DNA from: Polyangiaceae bacterium
GTDB taxonomy: Bacteria > Myxococcota_A > Polyangia > Polyangiales > Polyangiaceae
Assembly: GCA_044376115.1 (NCBI GenBank)
Contig: JBILLK010000015.1
Span: forward strand, 64,001-128,000
Reading direction: 5' to 3'
Length of the DNA: 64,000 nucleotides
The notes below the pieces were generated by a model, which searched no databases, was not told where the DNA came from, and worked only from the letters and a program-made list of their open reading frames with translations. This document shows positions 1 to 9,999 of the stretch, piece by piece (position 1 is the first letter of the stretch; each line of letters begins with the position of its first letter). The position numbers and the translations under genes are program-made.

Positions 1-845
1 CAGGCAAAACCGGGTTGGCACTTCTGTTTGAGGTTGCAGGGTTCAGAGCAAATACCTTGGCCCGCGGACGGGAAGACGCAACGCTTGGAAGTGCAGTCGG
101 CATCGGTGGTACATGCCGCACCGAGTTCTCCCGCCGCAGCGGTACTCAACGCGTCAAAACGAGGAAAGACGAAGCCCTCCCCTTCGCTGTTTGGGATCGG
201 CTCGAATACAGCTGAGGCCATGATTTGGTGAAAGCGTTCAAACTCATTGAGCCAAGCCGTACGGTCGAAGAAGCGGCCATCGAGGTGCCCTGCGCCATGG
301 TTGGCGATCTCGTGCCCCTCGTTGATGGCCTGTTGCGCTAAAGCACGTCGGACCAGCACCTCGGCCCGCGACATGGCTTTGCCTACGTCGCTCTTGCCAG
401 GCGAGGTGGAGAAGAACGCTGCATTGACGAAGTAGGTAAAATGCGGAGCACGCTGGTAGGCGCCGGCCATCCTGCGTGAGAACGCCATCGTGCGCAGCCA
501 AAGCGAGTAGCGGAGGCTGCCATCGAACGCCGCAGTAAAGTAAAAAGGCCCCTCCTCGAAGGAGTGGAGGGAGGGCTCACGTGGCAGGGTAATGGTGAGT
601 GGATCGGCGCTTACGCTGGCCGACGCAAGCGGTGAAGCGCTCGAGCTTGGGCCAGCTGAAGCAACGAGCCCAGAACCGACAACCGGGACAGCCGGCGCTT
701 CCGCAGAGTCTGCTCGGGGGACGTCGGTAGCGGGGGCGGTTTCCCCAGATCCCGGCTCTAGCGTGCTTGGGTGGGGGTCTTCGTTGCAGGCGAGTGTCGC
801 AAGCACGCTCGCGGCCGCGATTGAACCCCACCCGCGCCGGGCCAC
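1..845 (-). CDS. Lipoprotein with polysaccharide-deacetylase (NodB)-like segment and Cys-rich module; 3' end runs off the window
   Basis: Not in the ORF track (no stop in window). Manual translation from GTG at 845: MARRGWGSIAAASVLATLAC (lipobox) ... FTAAFDG ... GHEIANHGAGH (NodB-like metal motif) ... CTTDADCTSKRC...CSEPCNLKQKC. Confidence 0.6.
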   Translation of the reverse strand, partial: MARRGWGSIAAASVLATLACNEDPHPSTLEPGSGETAPATDVPRADSAEAPAVPVVGSGLVASAGPSSSASPLASASVSADPLTITLPREPSLHSFEEGPFYFTAAFDGSLRYSLWLRTMAFSRRMAGAYQRAPHFTYFVNAAFFSTSPGKSDVGKAMSRAEVLVRRALAQQAINEGHEIANHGAGHLDGRFFDRTAWLNEFERFHQIMASAVFEPIPNSEGEGFVFPRFDALSTAAAGELGAACTTDADCTSKRCVFPSAGQGICSEPCNLKQKCQPGFA

Positions 846-847
846 CT

Positions 848-1243
848 TCAGTCTGTGCCCTTAGCGGGAACGCCCTTGGCGGGGAGGCCCTTCGCCGCCG
901 CTTTGGCCTTCTTTTCGGCCTCGCGCTTGGCCTTCTTGGCGTCGTCGGTCGTTGGGAGCTTGATGACCGGCTTCTTCGGGTTGCGCCGGTAAATGAGCAG
1001 CGTCCGTCCGAGCGCCTGAGCAACCGTCGCCGACAACGCGCCGGGGACGCGCTCGGCGATTTCCGCTTTGTCTTCCGGGCACTCGGTTCCAATCCTCAGC
1101 TTGATGAGCTCGTGTCGCGTTAGCGCCTCGTCCAGGGCTTGGGTCGCCTGGTCCGTAAGCCCGTTCTTTCCTAGCTGGACCACGGGATCCAAGTGGTGAC
1201 CGAGAGCGCGCAAGAAACGAATCTGTTTACCTGTGAGTTTCAT
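848..1243 (-). CDS. yhbY: Ribosome-assembly RNA-binding protein YhbY (CRM domain) with Lys/Ala-rich tail
   Basis: LTGKQIRFLRALGHHLDPVVQLGKNGL...HELIK...GRTLLIYR. Confidence 0.9.
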   Translation of the reverse strand: MKLTGKQIRFLRALGHHLDPVVQLGKNGLTDQATQALDEALTRHELIKLRIGTECPEDKAEIAERVPGALSATVAQALGRTLLIYRRNPKKPVIKLPTTDDAKKAKREAEKKAKAAAKGLPAKGVPAKGTD

Positions 1244-1770
1244 GAGTCTGCCTTCTGGCGCTTTGGGCCCACCAAACTGCGCAGCTCCGCACGAGCCACT
1301 TCTTCACCCTTTTGGTTCCACATCTGTACGGGCACGATGTACTCGGCGCGTTCGCTCGAGTGGGGAACCGGACATTCACTGGTTGCTCGAATCTTGCCGC
1401 GAGACTTTTTCAGGTACTCGATGCTGAGCCCAGAGACGATGAACCGACCGTCGGGTGGCAAGGAATAGGCGAGCGCAACGTTGCCTGTGAGTTCAGCGAG
1501 GTTGACCAACGCAACCGCATGCACGCTCGAGAGGTGGTTGCGCAGACTTGGACGGTCGTGCATTTCCACTTCGGCATAGCCGGTGCGCAACGTGGTCACC
1601 TTCGCGTCAATGGTGCCGGTGTAGGGGGCAGCCATCCCGATCGCACGACTGAAGAGCCCCTTGCCGAACGGCAACGGAGCCAGCCGATCCCAAAGCTCGC
1701 GAATGACGTTGCGGTCACTCTCAGCGATGGATTTGGGCGAAAGGTAGGAAAGCGGGCCCCAGGCGGACAT
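1240..1770 (-). CDS. Hotdog-fold thioesterase-like protein (PaaI/DUF4442-like)
   Basis: APYTGTI...RNHLSSVHAVALVNLAE...IEYLKK; ATGA overlap with yhbY. Confidence 0.75.
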   Translation of the reverse strand: MSAWGPLSYLSPKSIAESDRNVIRELWDRLAPLPFGKGLFSRAIGMAAPYTGTIDAKVTTLRTGYAEVEMHDRPSLRNHLSSVHAVALVNLAELTGNVALAYSLPPDGRFIVSGLSIEYLKKSRGKIRATSECPVPHSSERAEYIVPVQMWNQKGEEVARAELRSLVGPKRQKADS

Positions 1771-1821
1771 GGGGGCCTAATTGCATGAGCGCCACGAGCC
1801 GTCCATGAAATCCCTTGTTGT

Positions 1822-2772
1822 GTGTGGTACTCAGGCCAAGTGGCCGATCGCGAGGCATTGACGACACGACTTGCGCACTCTCTCGCGAGTGTCATTCGAG
1901 GCAAGCCGCGTGCGCTCGAGCTTTTGATCATTGGGGCGCTCGCGGAGGGGCATGTCCTCATCGAGGATGTTCCCGGCGTTGGAAAAACTACGCTCGCCAA
2001 GGCGTTTGCTCGCTCGCTCGAGCTCAGCTTCTCGCGGATTCAGTTTACGCCCGATCTACTGCCCACAGACATCATCGGCGCGCAGACGTTGGGACCGGAT
2101 GGGCAACTTCAGTTTCAGAAGGGGCCTGTTTTCACCCAGGTGCTCCTGGCTGACGAAATCAACCGAGCATCCCCTCGCACGCAATCAGCTTTGTTGGAGG
2201 CGATGAGCGAACGGCAGGTCACGGTTGATGGCCGTACCTATTCGTTTCCTGGGCCGTTCATCGTGCTTGCGACACAGAACCCGCTCGATTTTCAAGGCAC
2301 CTATCCGCTCCCTGAAGCGCAGCTCGACCGCTTCACGCTGCGCCTGGCGATGGGTTACCCAAGCGAAGAAGACGAGCTTGAGATGCTCGTACGCGAAGGC
2401 AGCGGGTTTCCACTGGGAGAGGTGAAGCCTGTCGCGAGCGAAGCCGAGTTTGCCGAGGTGCGGCAGCAGGTCCGTCAGGTACGCGTAGAGCCACGTGTAC
2501 TGCTCTACCTACGGCGACTCGTGGCGCAGACGCGGAACAACGACAACGTTGCCCTGGGCGTAAGCCCGCGCGGGGCCATCACGCTCTACCGCGCGTGCCA
2601 AGCGCGAGCGTTCGTTCACTCGCGGGATTTCGTGACGCCAGACGATATTCAGGACCTTGCCTATGCGGTTTTGGGCCATCGCTTGATGCTCACCGAGCGA
2701 GCGCGCTACGGCGGAATCAGCACGGACACGGTCATCACCACGCTGCTGAAAGAGGTTCCCGTTCCCAGATGA
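1822..2772 (+). CDS. MoxR family AAA+ ATPase
   Basis: Walker A DVPGVGKT, RIQFTPDLLP, DEINRA, ATQNP, LPEAQLDRF; start may be GTG 1840. Confidence 0.92.
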   Translation: MWYSGQVADREALTTRLAHSLASVIRGKPRALELLIIGALAEGHVLIEDVPGVGKTTLAKAFARSLELSFSRIQFTPDLLPTDIIGAQTLGPDGQLQFQKGPVFTQVLLADEINRASPRTQSALLEAMSERQVTVDGRTYSFPGPFIVLATQNPLDFQGTYPLPEAQLDRFTLRLAMGYPSEEDELEMLVREGSGFPLGEVKPVASEAEFAEVRQQVRQVRVEPRVLLYLRRLVAQTRNNDNVALGVSPRGAITLYRACQARAFVHSRDFVTPDDIQDLAYAVLGHRLMLTERARYGGISTDTVITTLLKEVPVPR

Positions 2773-4076
2773 AACGCACGGCGTGGATGCGCATGCGGGA
2801 CATTCTTAGCTCCAAACGGGAGCTCGCTCGGCTCAACCACATTCTAATTCCTGCAACCAAAGCCGAGCGCGATCGCTATCGGCAGAGCAAGTTCGCCGTG
2901 CTGGTCCGACCTTGGATGTCCGGCATATCCGCGTTGAGCCGCGAGGGCCGAGCAGTATTCCTGCTCACGCTATTGATCGGATTTGCCGGCCTCGACGTTG
3001 CTCGCAGTCAGATTCATTTGCTGTTTGCGATGCTCGTGGGGCTGATCTTCGTATCGCTGATCACCCGACCGCTCTTTCGGGCGCGGACGTTGGTGGTCAA
3101 GGTGGAGGTCCCACGGCGCGTGACGATGGACGCGATTCAGCGATTCACGGTGCATCTCTCCAATCAGGGCACCCGCACTTTGGCAGGCATTCGCCTACTG
3201 ACACCGTTTCTTCCTTGGGACGGCCGATGGCAACAAGCCTCCGCTGGCGTAGCGGTGATTGAACCAGGACGAGAGGCGGTCCTCACGGCGGAAGCCACCT
3301 TCATGGCGCGAGGCGAACACCACATCGATCCGTTCGAGGCGGCGCTGCTCGTCCCCATGGGGCTGGCGCTCGGCCCACGGCGAGCGAGTGAGGCCCCCCA
3401 TTTCGTGGTTGTTCCAAGGTTTGCCACGGTGGTTGCAGTCAAAGCCCCGGCGATCGCGCCCAGGGCCAACGGAAAACAACTACCGTCTCTGGCCCGCGGC
3501 GACGCTGAGTTCGGCGGAGTGAGGCCGTACCGAGTTGGGGACTCTTTGCGACACCTGCACGCCCGCACGTGGGCGAGAACGGGCAAGCCACACGTGAAGA
3601 CCTTCCTTGCGGAGCGCAACGACAAGCTCGGGCTGTTCATCCTCACTGACGGTCTGGACGCCTCGAAAGACGCGAAAGAAGCGACTTTGATGCTGGCGGC
3701 CGGGGTCGCTCGTCACCTACTCGAGGCCGGTGATGCCTTGGAACGGTTGCTGATCGGACGCGAGGTGCTGAGGCTCAACCGCTCAGCAGGCCGGGCATGT
3801 TTGGATGTGATCATGGATCGGCTGGGCCTGCTCAACTTCAGCGACGAGCCGCTCCCCGACAGCGTCGTGGTGGACGGCGCATCCGGGCTTTCTTCACTGC
3901 TTGTGATTGCGTGCGACGCAGACCAGCGCCGAAGTACGGTGCTCAATGAGCTGCGTAATAGCGGACTTCCGGTGAGGGCGATCCTTGTGACTTCGGACGG
4001 GGAAACGAGGGTCAGCGACGTTGAGTCCTTCGTTCCGATGAGTGGGATCGTGCAAGGGGCGGAGATCCGGTGTTGA
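2769..4076 (+). CDS. DUF58 domain membrane protein (MoxR partner)
   Basis: ATG 2769 overlaps the MoxR stop (ATGA); two TM helices; EFGGVRPYRVGDSLRHLHARTWAR matches the DUF58 signature. Confidence 0.8.
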   Translation: MKRTAWMRMRDILSSKRELARLNHILIPATKAERDRYRQSKFAVLVRPWMSGISALSREGRAVFLLTLLIGFAGLDVARSQIHLLFAMLVGLIFVSLITRPLFRARTLVVKVEVPRRVTMDAIQRFTVHLSNQGTRTLAGIRLLTPFLPWDGRWQQASAGVAVIEPGREAVLTAEATFMARGEHHIDPFEAALLVPMGLALGPRRASEAPHFVVVPRFATVVAVKAPAIAPRANGKQLPSLARGDAEFGGVRPYRVGDSLRHLHARTWARTGKPHVKTFLAERNDKLGLFILTDGLDASKDAKEATLMLAAGVARHLLEAGDALERLLIGREVLRLNRSAGRACLDVIMDRLGLLNFSDEPLPDSVVVDGASGLSSLLVIACDADQRRSTVLNELRNSGLPVRAILVTSDGETRVSDVESFVPMSGIVQGAEIRC

Positions 4077-5926
4077 GCCGTTCAACCGCACTCGCTGGCT
4101 TGGCAGCGGCCATTGCGCTGGCGACCCCCCCAGGGTCCGAGGTGATGCGCGCGGTTGTGCTACTGGCGGCCGTTATCGCGGTCCTCGTTGGTCCGAGACT
4201 GGCCGCAGACCGCCTCACGGAGACGCTGGGCTCGGCGGTGGTGTTGGTAGCGGGGTTGGTGCTGGCCCAGCTCACCGCACCGCTCGAGCCGATCTCCGGC
4301 GCACTCGACAACCTGGTGGTGCTGTTCGCTTTGCCGACCTCGATGTTGGCGTCCTTCCGCGCCTTGCTTCGGCAACCGAACACGGGCGGCGTGCGACTCA
4401 CGTTGATGTCGAGTCTGTGTACGTTGGTGGCCTCGGGTCGGGTGCAACAAGGGCTCTTGTTTCCACTCGCGGCCTTCGCCTTCATCGTTTTTGCGCTGCT
4501 CGCCCTGCGTAGTGAAGACACATCTCGGGCGCCGCTCGCTCAGCTATCGCGGTTCCACGCAATCGTGTTGCTCGCCGGCTTCTCGCTTGGCATCGGCCTC
4601 GCGGTGGGAATGAGCTTCACGCTTCCCAAGCTGTACGAGGCTGTCGTTGAACGGCTATCCGCGCGTTGGAGCCGCTCCCGCGCCGGCTTCTCCGACTCGA
4701 TGGAACTCGGCTCGCTGGCTGGGCTCGAACAGTCGGAGCGCGTCGTGGTGCGCGTGCGCGGAGATGCACCGCCGCTCATCCGCGGGATGACGTGGGACAA
4801 CTACAACGGCAGACGATGGGAAGCCGAAGCGGGGAATGAACCGCGAGAGGTCGTAGAGACGCCGGTCCAAAAGCTTACCGCCGACGTCGAGCTGGAGTTC
4901 TCCTCGCCGCCCGACCGCTACTTCGTACCGCTTGGGGCTGCCGATATCACGACCACCACAGGCGTCCTCGAACGTGACGTCTATGGCAACCTGTGGGTGT
5001 CCCCGGGTTTCTTCAGCAAACGGCTGTGGTTCGACAAGGGCAACATCGCCCCACCAAGAGCCCCCAGCGCAGTCGACCTGGCCGTGCCGAACTACCTCCA
5101 GCCAACACTGGACAGCGTGTTGCGCAGTTGGGGCATCTCGCGATCGGACCCGCCAAGCAAGCGCGTCGAGATGATTCAGAGTCGGCTACTCAGCGACTAC
5201 GTCTATTCGACAGACTTCGAGCGGAACGCGAATCGTGAGCCCATCATCGATTTTCTACTCCGCAACAAACAGGGCCACTGCGAGTACTTCGCTTCCGCCT
5301 TCACGCTCCTGGCCAGGAGAGCCGAGGTCCCTGCGCGCCTCGTAGGCGGCTACCGGGTCGTTGAGCAGTCTCCGTTTGGTTACGCCATCGTACGTGAGCG
5401 CCATGCACACGCTTGGTCCGAGATCTGGCTGAGCGAACGATGGCAGACGATGGACCCAACGCCGATGGATACCTCGGCTGCAGCGCAGCCTACCGAGCAA
5501 ACCAGGTGGTTCCCGGCGCTACTGGACGGAGTCCGTACGACCTGGGAGATCGCTGACGATTGGCTCGCCCAACGAACGGGCTTCGAGATGGCGATGGCGC
5601 TCGTCGTCCTAGGCTTCGGCTGGTTGCTGCTCCGACTGGTGCGCGGAAAGAAAAAGCAGAGGCTTCTCGCCGAGGACAAGACGTTGCCAGAGCTTGTCAA
5701 ACTGCTGAAGGAGCTGCGAAACCACGGCATCACGTTGGGAGTCGGAGACACGTTTGCAGTCATTCGCGCCAAGCTGGATCAAAGCGCTCTAACGCCGCAG
5801 CAATGCGCCAATCTCAAAAGTGCGCTGAACGACTACGAGGGCTTCACCTACGGCGGGCTTGGTGATGCGACGGCCATTCGCGCGCGCCTAGCGTCGCTAG
5901 GAAGCCAACTCCGCGAGAGCCGTTGA
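4070..5926 (+). CDS. Transglutaminase-like membrane protein (TgpA/DUF3488 type)
   Basis: Multi-TM N-terminus; GHCEYFASA, HAHAWSE, DPTP catalytic-triad motifs. Confidence 0.85.
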   Translation: MLSRSTALAGLAAAIALATPPGSEVMRAVVLLAAVIAVLVGPRLAADRLTETLGSAVVLVAGLVLAQLTAPLEPISGALDNLVVLFALPTSMLASFRALLRQPNTGGVRLTLMSSLCTLVASGRVQQGLLFPLAAFAFIVFALLALRSEDTSRAPLAQLSRFHAIVLLAGFSLGIGLAVGMSFTLPKLYEAVVERLSARWSRSRAGFSDSMELGSLAGLEQSERVVVRVRGDAPPLIRGMTWDNYNGRRWEAEAGNEPREVVETPVQKLTADVELEFSSPPDRYFVPLGAADITTTTGVLERDVYGNLWVSPGFFSKRLWFDKGNIAPPRAPSAVDLAVPNYLQPTLDSVLRSWGISRSDPPSKRVEMIQSRLLSDYVYSTDFERNANREPIIDFLLRNKQGHCEYFASAFTLLARRAEVPARLVGGYRVVEQSPFGYAIVRERHAHAWSEIWLSERWQTMDPTPMDTSAAAQPTEQTRWFPALLDGVRTTWEIADDWLAQRTGFEMAMALVVLGFGWLLLRLVRGKKKQRLLAEDKTLPELVKLLKELRNHGITLGVGDTFAVIRAKLDQSALTPQQCANLKSALNDYEGFTYGGLGDATAIRARLASLGSQLRESR

Positions 5927-5935
5927 CGGCGTCGT

Positions 5936-8290
5936 TCACGGCGACGTCGGTTTGAAGGACGCCAACCAAAGGCTCGAGGCCATCACGCTGATGGAACTGG
6001 CCGCCATGGCCAATGCGGCAATCGCTGGCGATAGCGCTACACCGAAGGAGCGATAAAAGACGCCTGCAGCGAGCGGAATCGCCGCACAGTTGTAGGCCAG
6101 CGAAAGCGCGAGATTGCGACGCATCGTTCGACGAGCCGCTTGAGCCAACGCGAAGACGTCGCACAACGCTTTGAGGTCGTTCGAGAGCAGCGCGATGTCG
6201 GCGGCATCGAGCGCCACATCTGCGCCCGCCCCCATGGCGATCCCAAGGTCTGCGCGTGCGAGCGCCGCTGCGTCGTTCACGCCATCCCCGACCATCGCCA
6301 CCCTACCTTCGGTGAACGATGCGACGAAGGCCACTTTGGCCTCGGGCGAGGCCGCTGCCACGAAGCGTTCAATGCCGACCTCTTCAGCCACCCGCTTCAC
6401 CGCCGCCTCGTTGTCACCGGAGAGGAGCACGACCTCCAGGCCTTCTCGACGGAGCGAGGCAACCGCCGCGCGACTCGTGGGTTTCACCGGGTCGACTACG
6501 CCAAAAACGGCGACCAGCTCCTGGTCGCGCGCGACGTAGACCTTGGTCTCACCGCGCTTGTTCATCGCCTCGAGCGCGTCGTTTTGCGGCGCGCACGCGA
6601 CCCCTTCGGCCTCAAGAAATGCGGCGCTCCCGACATGAACACGCAAGCCGTCGACCTGCGCACTCGCGCCCAACCCGGGCATCGCAACGAAGCCTTGAGC
6701 GGGACTGACGCTCCCTTTCGCTGCTGCCGCGATTGCTCCGGCCAACGGATGTTCGCTGCTGCTTTCGACAGCAGCGGCGAGCAACAACACCGCGTTCACC
6801 CGCGGGTCTTCGAGCGCGAGTTCACTCAAGGTGCCATCAAGCTTGAGGACCGCAGAAACGACAGCGGGTTTGCCCAACGTGATGGTCCCCGTTTTGTCGA
6901 GGATGACGGTCCGAACAAGGGCGGCTCGTTCCAGCGATTCGCCGCCCTTCCACAAGATGCCAAGTTCTGCTGCGCGGCCGGTGGCCACCATGACCGCCGT
7001 TGGGATCGCCAAGCCAATCGCACACGGGCAGGCGATCACTACCACTGCGAGTCCCATGTTGAAGGCCTGGGCCGGCGCTGTAGGCTCGATCAAAAGCCAC
7101 GCGGCGATCGTCAATAACGAGAGGGCTAGCAGCACGGGGACGAACACCCGCGTGGCTGCGTCGGCCATGCGTTGAATGGGCGCGCGCGATACGCCAGCGC
7201 TTCGAATCAGCCGAACGATGCTCGAAAGGCGACTGGCCGCGACCCCAGCCGTCACCCGCACGGTAAGTGAACCGCCGCCATTCATCGTCCCGGCGAAGAC
7301 GCGTTCGCCCGCCGACTTGAGCACCGGGATTGGCTCGCCGGTGAACATGGCTTCATCAACGGCACTGCTCCCTTGCTCGACGACTCCGTCGGCGACGACG
7401 CGAGAAAATGCCTTCACGAGCACAAGGTCGCCCACCACCAAGTCGACGGCCTTGAGCGTGCGGCCGCTCACGAGCGTCGCCTCGTCTGGCACCAAGCGGG
7501 TTAGCTCGTGGAGCGCTCCCAACGTCTTGGCGCGCGCGCGCGCCTCGACGGCCTTTCCTGCAAGCACGAGCGCAACGATGAAGATCGCTGTTTCCCAATA
7601 GGAGGTCGCTTGGCCGTGGCCTTGTGAAAGCACGAGCGAAAGCAAGGAGGCCGCGATAGCAGCCCCAGCCCCGAGCGCGACCAGGGTGTTCATGTCGCTG
7701 CGTCGGTGCAGCAGACCGCGCCAAGCCTTGCGAAAAAAATCGCCGCCGATTCCCCCAACCACCACGGCAGCAATCGCGGCAAGAGCCAGCTCGAGAGCGC
7801 TGCGCGGTAGCGTGAATAGCCAGGGCATGACGCTCCGCATGGGGCCATCGGTCACTGCCATGAACCAACGCTCGAACGGATCGCTCGAATGGTGCCCGCC
7901 CATCAGCGGCATCGACAGCACCATCGCCAACAGCGCCAAACCAAGCGCCGCTGTCGCCTTCACCGTGGCCCTGCGCGAATCGGCTTTTTCATCCTTGTCG
8001 AGGGTGAGCTGCTCCTCGAGCGGGGAAACGTCCTTCTGCTTTTCGCGGGCTTCGTAGCCGCTGTCCACCACCACGCTAACCAATTGGTCCGCGTTGGTTT
8101 GTGCGGCGTCAAACCGCACGACGGCCTCTCGCGTGAGCAGGTTGACCGATGCCGAGGCGACGCCGGGCGCTTCGCGGAGCGCGTCCTCCACGCTAGTTTT
8201 ACAAGCGCCGCAGGTCATTCCGTCCACCGCAAGGTGAAGGCTCTCGAGCCGCTCGGGCTGCAGAGGGCTTGCGGCGGCTGAGCTGGTCAT
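5936..8290 (-). CDS. copA: Copper-translocating P1B-type ATPase
   Basis: HMA GMTCGAC, TGE, CPC, DKTGT, SEHP, GDGVND, YN and MAASS copper-type TM motifs. Confidence 0.9.
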   Translation of the reverse strand: MTSSAAASPLQPERLESLHLAVDGMTCGACKTSVEDALREAPGVASASVNLLTREAVVRFDAAQTNADQLVSVVVDSGYEAREKQKDVSPLEEQLTLDKDEKADSRRATVKATAALGLALLAMVLSMPLMGGHHSSDPFERWFMAVTDGPMRSVMPWLFTLPRSALELALAAIAAVVVGGIGGDFFRKAWRGLLHRRSDMNTLVALGAGAAIAASLLSLVLSQGHGQATSYWETAIFIVALVLAGKAVEARARAKTLGALHELTRLVPDEATLVSGRTLKAVDLVVGDLVLVKAFSRVVADGVVEQGSSAVDEAMFTGEPIPVLKSAGERVFAGTMNGGGSLTVRVTAGVAASRLSSIVRLIRSAGVSRAPIQRMADAATRVFVPVLLALSLLTIAAWLLIEPTAPAQAFNMGLAVVVIACPCAIGLAIPTAVMVATGRAAELGILWKGGESLERAALVRTVILDKTGTITLGKPAVVSAVLKLDGTLSELALEDPRVNAVLLLAAAVESSSEHPLAGAIAAAAKGSVSPAQGFVAMPGLGASAQVDGLRVHVGSAAFLEAEGVACAPQNDALEAMNKRGETKVYVARDQELVAVFGVVDPVKPTSRAAVASLRREGLEVVLLSGDNEAAVKRVAEEVGIERFVAAASPEAKVAFVASFTEGRVAMVGDGVNDAAALARADLGIAMGAGADVALDAADIALLSNDLKALCDVFALAQAARRTMRRNLALSLAYNCAAIPLAAGVFYRSFGVALSPAIAALAMAASSISVMASSLWLASFKPTSP

Positions 8291-8490
8291 GACTCGACGA
8301 GCGCGCCGTACTTGGCCTTCTGCAGCACAGCGACCGCCGCCTGGAGAGCCGACTCATCCTTGGCGTCCAGGCTCACGCGGCCGAGCTCGACCTCGACAGC
8401 TGCAAGGTCAGGAAGCTTTGCTAGGAGCTTTTCCACCCGCGTTTTGCAGCCATCGCACACCATGCCCGTCACCTGGATGTTTGCCTTCAC
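8287..8490 (-). CDS. copZ: CopZ-like heavy-metal chaperone (HMA domain, 67 aa)
   Basis: GTG 8490 preceded by GAGGAG; GMVCDGC; ATGA overlap with copA. Confidence 0.8.
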   Translation of the reverse strand: MKANIQVTGMVCDGCKTRVEKLLAKLPDLAAVEVELGRVSLDAKDESALQAAVAVLQKAKYGALVES

Positions 8491-8538
8491 GTTTCGACTC
8501 CTCGTCCACGATCTTTTGAATGACTCGTGGAATGGGTC

Positions 8539-8560
8539 TACCCCTCCTGCAGGTGGAGTG
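8539..8560. promoter_or_regulatory. Imperfect palindrome upstream of copZ-copA; candidate metal-responsive operator
   Basis: TACCCCTCCTGCAGGTGGAGTG matches its reverse complement at 16/22 positions. Confidence 0.35.
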
Positions 8561-8575
8561 CCATAGAACGAGCGT

Positions 8576-9484
8576 ATGAGCGTGGTGTCTCGCGTTGTGT
8601 CCTCTGTGCCTGGCAACACCCAAAGGCTCGACGGTGGAGCCATGTTCGGCAATGCACCCAAGCCCTTGTGGGAGAGGTGGATCAGCTCAGATAGTCGCAA
8701 CCGCATCCCGCTCGCATGTCGAGCGATGCTAATTGAGGAAGAGCGCATTTCACCCCAACCGGGTGCAAAACCGTCGCGTCGACGCATTCTTTGCGAAGCT
8801 GGGATCGGCGTCTTTTTTGACCCAAAGCTGCGAGACAGGTTCGGCGTTGAGGAGTCCAATCACGTCCTTGTGGAGAACTTGGCGGGACTCGGACTCGAGC
8901 CCAACGACATCGATGTCGTCGTACTTTCGCACCTCCACTTTGACCACGCCGGCGGCTTGCTGAGCGCCTGGGCCGCCGACGGCCTGCCGAAGCTGGTGTT
9001 CGAACGAGCGCAGTACGTCGTGGGCCGAGGAGCGTGGGAACGAGCCTGCAAACCGCACGCGCGGGACAAGGCCAGCTTCATTCCTGAACTCAATCAGCTC
9101 CTCGAGCTTTCCGGCCGTCTCGAGGTCGTCGACGGGCCTGTCTCCTCGACCCTAGGGCCAGACTTCAAGTTTCACTTGAGCGAGGGACATACCCCAGGGC
9201 TACTTCTGCTCGAGACCCCGAGTGACCAGGGTCCGATCGTCTTTGCGGGGGACTTGGTCCCGGGCCGGCCGTGGATGCACTTGCCGATCACCATGGGCTA
9301 CGATCGCTTCCCCGAGCGTTTGATCGAGGAGAAAGAGGAGCTGCTTTCGTCGCTCGCCGCGCGCGATGGACGGCTGTTCTTTACCCACGATCCGAACGTT
9401 GCGATGGCGCGCGTAACCCGAGATGACAAAGGCCGGTTCGGCCCCGGCGAAGAATGGGCCGCTCCCGCGCGCCTTCCGATCTAG
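8576..9484 (+). CDS. MBL-fold metallo-hydrolase
   Basis: [33 protein letters not shown]. Confidence 0.88.
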   Translation: MSVVSRVVSSVPGNTQRLDGGAMFGNAPKPLWERWISSDSRNRIPLACRAMLIEEERISPQPGAKPSRRRILCEAGIGVFFDPKLRDRFGVEESNHVLVENLAGLGLEPNDIDVVVLSHLHFDHAGGLLSAWAADGLPKLVFERAQYVVGRGAWERACKPHARDKASFIPELNQLLELSGRLEVVDGPVSSTLGPDFKFHLSEGHTPGLLLLETPSDQGPIVFAGDLVPGRPWMHLPITMGYDRFPERLIEEKEELLSSLAARDGRLFFTHDPNVAMARVTRDDKGRFGPGEEWAAPARLPI

Positions 9485-9489
9485 TTCCG

Positions 9490-9813
9490 CTACATTCTCG
9501 GCGCGGCGGTGGGCTTCGACGTCGGCGCAGCGGTGGGCTTCGACGTCGGCGCAGCGGGCTTCGCTGTCGGCGCAGCGGTGGGCTTCGCCGTCGGCGCTGC
9601 AGAAGCGGCAGCCGTCGGTGCAACGGAAGCAACGCTGGTTGGGGCCGCAGTAGCCTGCGGGCTGCTCGAGGCGGCGTCGAACAGATCCATTAGCGAGTTG
9701 TCTTCCTGCGGTGGATTGAGGGGACGCCCGGGCGCCGCCGGGGGTGCGTCCGAACTCCCACAAGCAGCAAGAACCCCGAATGCGACGCTGAACCAGCGAG
9801 AAAACGTGGACAT
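9490..9813 (-). CDS. Small Pro/Ala/Thr-rich lipoprotein
   Basis: Lipobox VLAAC; C-terminal (T)AAPT(A/S)KP repeats. Confidence 0.6.
   Translation of the reverse strand: MSTFSRWFSVAFGVLAACGSSDAPPAAPGRPLNPPQEDNSLMDLFDAASSSPQATAAPTSVASVAPTAAASAAPTAKPTAAPTAKPAAPTSKPTAAPTSKPTAAPRM
9506..9598. repeat. Intragenic tandem repeat, four 21-24 nt units
   Basis: GCGGTGGGCTTCGACGTCGGCGCA twice plus two variants, encoding (T)AAPT(A/S)KP on the minus strand. Confidence 0.8.
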
Positions 9814-9999
9814 GGGGCGAAGCTACACCGGAGCTGTGGCCTCACCAATGCTGATTTCGGCTTTGCACTCCAGCTTTGGAGCTGGCCGCACAGGACCAGG
9901 CGAGGCGATTCGGCAGAGCTCGCACGGCAGTTCGCCACACAGGCTTCGAACTCGACGGGTTCCTTGGCTGTCGTGTTCGCTGCGTGGTGTAATCGTGCC

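Noticed and set aside
1783..1796. GC 12 nt upstream of ATG 1770 as another sigma54 promoter (similar near-miss at 21967 for psd; TTGC at 35128 for the FHA-bEBP)
   Set aside because: The invariant GG is absent at the 10-nt spacing in each case.
6140..7117. 325-aa antisense ORF over copA, and similar shadow ORFs (12535-13380, 58241-58897, 59319-60017)
   Set aside because: Opposite to well-supported genes with no recognisable motifs; expected in high-GC DNA.
9506..9598. Direct repeats as a CRISPR array
   Set aside because: No spacers; in-frame coding repeats of a Pro/Ala lipoprotein; no cas genes.
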